Assembly (NCBI RefSeq): GCF_000008645.1
Contig: NC_000916.1
Span: 1,500,001 to 1,532,000 of the forward strand
Length of the DNA stretch: 32,000 nucleotides
Direction: 5' to 3'
Source of the DNA: Methanothermobacter thermautotrophicus str. Delta H
GTDB taxonomy: Archaea > Methanobacteriota > Methanobacteria > Methanobacteriales > Methanothermobacteraceae
In this document: in pieces, positions 27,913-32,000 of the stretch
How the letters are laid out: every line of letters begins with the position of its first letter
Position numbering within the stretch: the first letter of the stretch is position 1
Program-made: the position numbers and the translations under genes
Notes under the pieces: generated by a model
What the model was told of the DNA's origin: nothing
The model's database searches: none
The model's input: the letters and a program-made list of their open reading frames with translations, nothing else

Positions 27913-29064
27913 TCATCCTTTCCGGTGATCCTGGCAAAAGTCGGCAATCTCAGCCGTTGAAACCCTTATGAAGTTTTCAAGTCCTTCAATGGCCCTCTCC
28001 AGGTCCATGTGTTTCAGCAGGTCAGGATCATGGGTTGTTATCCCCGTCGGACACTTGCCGGTGTGGCATAACCTGTGCTGCTGACAGTTGAGGGCTATGA
28101 GTGCCGCTGTACCTGTGTAGACAGCATCAGCACCCAGGGCGAGACACTTTGCCATGTCAGCGGCTGTCCTGAGACCCCCACCTGCAATGAGGGACACCCT
28201 ATCGCCATGACCCTCATTGATGACGGTTTTAACGGCCCGTGGTATGGCTGCGATGAGGGGGATGCCTGTGTTGTCCCTTATATGTGGGTTAACAGCTCCA
28301 GTACCCCCACCAAAACCGTCAAGACTTATAAAATCTACTCCAGCATCAAGCAGGGCCTTAACGTCATCCTCCACGTTGCCACACCCTATCTTGGCACCTA
28401 TGGGTGCCCCTCCACTCATTTTTCTGAGCTCTTTGACCTTCTCTTCGAGTTCCATCTGATCACGTATATCATGGTGGTGTGCAGGCGAATATGACCCCTC
28501 ACCGGGGGCAAGCCCACGGACCCTTGCAACATCAGGGCTTATCTTGTCTGGAGGGAGATAACTTCCTTTACCGGGATATGCACCCTGACCAAATCTTATC
28601 TCTATTGCAGCAGCACCCCTGAGCACATCCTCGGTGATACCGAACCTTCCGGTGGAATACTGGATTATGAGGTAATCGCCTGCCTTTTCAAGTTCCCTCT
28701 GCAGTACTCCACCTTCACCCGAGTTGAATCCAATCTTAAGTCGGTCTGCAACGGATGCAATGGCTATACGGGTCTTCTCTGAAACCGCCCCGTAGCTCAT
28801 ACCACTTATTATTATGGGGGATTTGAGCCGCAGAGGTCTTTTTGATTCAGGTCCGATGATTACATCAGTTTTAACCGGGTCCTCTGCATTGAGGGGGATT
28901 TTTGAGACCTGTGCCGGAAGGAAGTGTAGATCATCAAGTCCCAGGGGCAGCCTCTTCTCGGATCCCATGGACTCAACCGGGACCTCCCCACTATGGGCTA
29001 TCCTTTTTATCTGGACTATTTTGAGATATTCACGGTCATCCTCGGATCTTCTCTGTCTTCTCAT
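27913..29064 (-). CDS. Glutamate synthase large-subunit-like FMN-binding domain protein (GltB domain 2 family); the reading frame stays open upstream to 29295
   Basis: ISGMSYGAVS, FNSGEGG, GG(T)GA and AGGGLRT motifs of the GltS FMN domain. Coordinates use the first canonical ATG. See the finding on the Cys-rich in-frame 5' extension. Confidence 0.85.
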   Translation of the reverse strand: MRRQRRSEDDREYLKIVQIKRIAHSGEVPVESMGSEKRLPLGLDDLHFLPAQVSKIPLNAEDPVKTDVIIGPESKRPLRLKSPIIISGMSYGAVSEKTRIAIASVADRLKIGFNSGEGGVLQRELEKAGDYLIIQYSTGRFGITEDVLRGAAAIEIRFGQGAYPGKGSYLPPDKISPDVARVRGLAPGEGSYSPAHHHDIRDQMELEEKVKELRKMSGGAPIGAKIGCGNVEDDVKALLDAGVDFISLDGFGGGTGAVNPHIRDNTGIPLIAAIPRAVKTVINEGHGDRVSLIAGGGLRTAADMAKCLALGADAVYTGTAALIALNCQQHRLCHTGKCPTGITTHDPDLLKHMDLERAIEGLENFIRVSTAEIADFCQDHRKG

Positions 29065-29435
29065 CCTTATGCCATTCAGTGATTCTGTGTTACAGAAGTA
29101 AAGCTCCCTGAGACCATACTCCCGGTATATGGGGCATGATGCACAGAGGCAACCCCTCTCCTCAACCTCATACCTGCTGCTCCTGCCTTCACAGAAGAAA
29201 AGTTCACCATCCCCATGATCAGGATAGCTGGGACAATCGGGACACAGACATTCCGTTTTTCTGTTTATATAACCCCCTCCCGCTGGTACTGTAACCTAAT
29301 ATGTGGATACTGGTTAAAGTGGTTTCCTTTTTTACAGAGTTAGAAGGGGATTATATTTCCAGGAGATTCCTTGATATCCCCAGTTTCCAGGGGACATTCT
29401 GATGGCTATTACGAAGCCCTTTAAGTCTCCAGGGC

Positions 29436-29918
29436 TTATAGGTGTCCCAGAAGCTCTTCATGAAGCCTTTTAAGACTTTCTATTGAAGGGTGGTCTGCTC
29501 CAAGGCGATCAGACCATTTTTTTATTACAAAATCAATATCAACTTCATCAGAGCCATTTATGAGGTTATCTGCATGGGCAACAATCTTCTCCTCGAGGGT
29601 TCTTGGCATGTAATCTCCTGGAGGAAGTCCCAGGGCCTTTGCCTCCTCAGGGGGTATACCTGCCCCCACGTGTCTTTCAACTATCCTCACAACTTCGGGG
29701 GGGTAACCAAATCCTTCAAGGATGCGCGCACCCTCCACCGCGTGTTCAACACCGCTGGTCCTGCAGCGGCCTATATCATGAAGAATGGCTCCCTCCTCCA
29801 CCAGCTTCATGTCAACCGGGAGTTCACGTGATAACTCGAGGGCCTTTTTTCTGACGGCTAGGGAGTGGTCTATCACCCACTCGGGACATCCAACAACCCG
29901 GAGTAAACGTAGGCTCAA
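29436..29918 (-). CDS. HD-domain phosphohydrolase
   Basis: H..AV...A...LHDIGR (HD motif), ERHVGAG and AHADNL. The TTG start lies 5 nt after a GGTG SD, and there is no in-frame ATG nearby. Confidence 0.8.
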   Translation of the reverse strand: MSLRLLRVVGCPEWVIDHSLAVRKKALELSRELPVDMKLVEEGAILHDIGRCRTSGVEHAVEGARILEGFGYPPEVVRIVERHVGAGIPPEEAKALGLPPGDYMPRTLEEKIVAHADNLINGSDEVDIDFVIKKWSDRLGADHPSIESLKRLHEELLGHL

Positions 29919-29960
29919 GGAGACACCACTATGATTGATCAGAATCAGGAGTATATACGG

Positions 29961-30050
29961 GAAGTTTATTGTTGTGGTTTTTATGGAGCCGAATCTGCTG
30001 TTCTAGGAGTTTATTGTTGTGGTTTTTATGGAGTCGAATCCGTTATTCTC
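29961..30050. repeat. Tandem duplication (2 x 45 nt) straddling the tfe stop codon
   Basis: GAAGTTTATTGTTGTGGTTTTTATGGAGCCGAATCTGCTGTTCT (29961-30004) is followed by GGAGTTTATTGTTGTGGTTTTTATGGAGTCGAATCCGTTATTCT (30007-30050). Confidence 0.9.
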
Positions 30051-30539
30051 ATAGAGACTGAGTTCGTCCTTTATCTCCTGTATTATTTCAGAGTTATCCA
30101 TGAACTCCATTTTTGAACCACATTCAGGGCATGTGAAGTTTTCTTCTGTGGCCTCATCAAAGGTGAATCTGTAGTGCCCATTTACACATACAAAGAACAT
30201 GTTGTTTTCCTCAAACTCAAGGGCTTCCCTCAGCTTTCTTACTATCTCGCTGTGCTTCCTTTTTATCATCTCTGTAACCTTCTCAGGCTCAAATTTCCAG
30301 GTGTAGGTGTACCACTGTGTTTCGGGGTCCTTGCTCCTCTTGTAACTTGCCACACCTGCATCATAGAGCCTGTAGAGTATCCTCCTGACTATGTTGAGTT
30401 TAAGCTGCGTTTTCTCTGATATCTCCTCATCTGTTACCTTGCCCTTCATGAGGCACTCCAGAACTGGTATGGCCTCTTCCTCTTCTTCTTCAGTGATAAC
30501 TTCATGGATCAACTCTTGTAACACCTGTTCATCAATCAA
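30003..30539 (-). CDS. tfe: Transcription factor E (TFE, TFIIE-alpha homolog)
   Basis: Winged-helix region ([29 protein letters not shown]), then a zinc ribbon (FFVC.NGH...FTCPECG). The TTG start lies 7 nt after a GGAGG SD. Confidence 0.9.
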
Positions 30540-30687
30540 TTGAAATCCTCCAGCTTGAAAAATAACTGCATACCGGGTATGCTGATCATCAAATTTTTTG
30601 AGTGCACTCCAATTTATGTGCCTAATCTTATTTAAAATTTTATAAAGGGGCCAGTTTAATACGAAAATTGTTTATCATATGAGTTTA

Positions 30688-31527
30688 TCATGGAGGTCTT
30701 ACAATAACCGCCGGTGTGTGCTCAACCGAGGATAGCATCTCCACTGTGATATTCCCTGGTCTGCCACTGAATTCCCTGGCCATATCATAGACCGTTGCCC
30801 TCTCTGTATTCCTGCGGTGGTATTCCTCTGCAGCTGATGCAACCTCAAGGAGCACCTCCAGTTTCACGGGCCTTGAGGATGCAAGGGGTGTGGGCCAGGT
30901 TCTTCCAGAGAACCGCCCTGCAAGGTAACCCAGGAATCCTGTATCTGACCTTATGCCAGGCACTGAAAGGGGGAGGGAGGTGAAGTATCTTCCAAGTATA
31001 CTGTAGGTTGCATCGGTATCGATTATAACCGTGGTAACATCTGCACCGAACCTCCGCAGGATCTCACCGGCAATAAGATTTGCCACCCCAGATGGGTTTT
31101 CAGGTAGAAGTGAAACAAGGGTCCCCGGCACATTACTCAGATCAATACCGGCCTCGGAAGCCGGCTTAAGGGCGTGTTTAAGTCCATAGTATCTCAGAAC
31201 AACCTCCTTATGGGCCCTTGCCTCTGGCGGCAGTCTTCTGAGGTTCCTTATGGTCCTCCTCTTCATGCCGAGGATCGGGCCCAGGAGGTAGCCCCAGATG
31301 TACTTTGACCAGATATCTGCCAGCAGCACTGCAGTTATGGATGGTTCGAAACGGGATTCATCGACCAGGTTTCCCTGGGCGACCGAGACCGGTGTCTCTG
31401 AGATGACAAGAAAATCTCCATCCCGGGCAAGCTCACCGGCCCTCTCGATGATCTCTGAGAAACCTGCACCCGGTTCTATGTAACCCGTCACCACGGGCAC
31501 TGTCCTGTACTCAGGGGACATTTTCAT
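30688..31527 (-). CDS. CofE-family (F420-0:gamma-glutamyl ligase-like) protein, paralog of unclear function
   Basis: [28 protein letters not shown] and TVIIDTD parallel the PF01996-type motifs (DGD..V...K.VS..EG; AGID.SN; IID(T/S)). ATG 31527 forms an ATGA overlap with the upstream stop. The track start is 31551. Confidence 0.65.
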   Translation of the reverse strand: MKMSPEYRTVPVVTGYIEPGAGFSEIIERAGELARDGDFLVISETPVSVAQGNLVDESRFEPSITAVLLADIWSKYIWGYLLGPILGMKRRTIRNLRRLPPEARAHKEVVLRYYGLKHALKPASEAGIDLSNVPGTLVSLLPENPSGVANLIAGEILRRFGADVTTVIIDTDATYSILGRYFTSLPLSVPGIRSDTGFLGYLAGRFSGRTWPTPLASSRPVKLEVLLEVASAAEEYHRRNTERATVYDMAREFSGRPGNITVEMLSSVEHTPAVIVRPP

Positions 31528-32000
31528 CTGGCCTTCACTGGTGGTGCCCATACCTTGAGGTCTATTCCCTCTATAACAGCCCTTCTACCCTCAAGCTGGA
31601 CAACAACTCCTGAGTGGACCTTCTGCATCATGCAGTGGGCTGGCAGGAAACGTACGGTTTCACCGATATTCGGTAGCTCACCCTCGATCACACCCTCAAA
31701 GCCACCAACCATGCAGACTCCGATGTCCCTGTATTCAAAGTCATCCATGCCGAGGCGGTGGCATGGTCCAACGATGTGCACCGTTATGAGGCCATGGTTC
31801 TCATCCAGTATCTCTGCAAAGTGGGTTATTGGACATCCAAGGGGTCTGTATCTGATTATATCCCCCTTCCGCAGTTCAGTGGACGTGAATGGGAAGAGGA
31901 TCTCCCGGCAGGAGCCCTCATCGGGCAGCGGTTTCAGTATGAAGTCGGCCTCGTATCCGTCAAGGACACCGAAGATCTTCTTCTCCTCCTCAAGGAGTTT
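31524..32000 (-). CDS. Conserved hypothetical protein, C-terminal part; the gene runs off the right edge
   Basis: The minus frame is open from the right edge to the stop at 31524. The hand translation reads ...[38 protein letters not shown]...[29 protein letters not shown]...[10 protein letters not shown]. Codon usage is like the neighbouring genes. I did not recognise a family. Confidence 0.55.
   Translation of the reverse strand, partial: KLLEEEKKIFGVLDGYEADFILKPLPDEGSCREILFPFTSTELRKGDIIRYRPLGCPITHFAEILDENHGLITVHIVGPCHRLGMDDFEYRDIGVCMVGGFEGVIEGELPNIGETVRFLPAHCMMQKVHSGVVVQLEGRRAVIEGIDLKVWAPPVKAR

Noticed and set aside
29299-29397. Upstream ATG (29397) in the same frame as the GltB-like gene as a possible true start
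   Set aside because: Three in-frame stops (TAA 29334..29332, TAA further on, TAG 29298..29296) separate it from the Cys-rich extension. Other frames offer no start that could join by a single indel.
23648-30050. Resemblance between the trpB-end and tfe-end duplication units (GTTCATGGTTGCTGGTTTGCTGGGAG vs GTTTATTGTTGTGGTTTTTATGGAG), and a possible CRISPR-like or mobile repeat family
   Set aside because: There are only two copies at each site, no spacers and no cas genes. The similarity is about two-thirds in G/T-rich sequence and is on the coding strand in one case and antisense in the other, so it is most likely chance.

Overview
The window looks like a chromosomal segment of a Methanothermobacter-type methanogen (Methanobacteriales). 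This is inferred from gene content, the trpY / trpEGCFBAD arrangement and SD-led, tightly overlapping genes; no search was run. Most of it is housekeeping: a partial SF1 helicase, ahcY, a CDC48-type AAA ATPase, tyrA, pelota, a multi-cluster radical SAM protein, an ABC1 kinase, a flavoprotein disulfide reductase and hypC. It continues with trpY divergent from a complete trpE-G-C-F-B-A-D operon, tRNA-Ile(GAU), an archaeal adenylate-kinase-like protein, a DUF59 protein, an ArcS-like protein, a GltB-like FMN protein, an HD protein, TFE and a CofE-family protein. Two visibly AT-rich islets interrupt this backbone, at about 2.5-3.5 kb and 15.4-18.4 kb. The second islet is the most interesting part. 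It encodes a secreted C39-like cysteine peptidase with a Trp/His/Tyr/Arg-rich tail followed by a 4-TM protein. Downstream lies a 5'-truncated, about 98% identical orphan copy carrying a different tail, followed by a different 4-TM protein, and then a possible third decayed remnant. This layout resembles polymorphic toxin (or archaeocin) and immunity loci with orphan modules. Other points worth checking: a MurG-like and an MraY-like gene each change frame at a homopolymer run. Two ORFs have conserved N-terminal regions upstream of any canonical start, each with an SD-positioned AUA or AUC codon. Short tandem duplications straddle the trpB and tfe stop codons. No CRISPR array, cas gene, transposase or integrase was seen.
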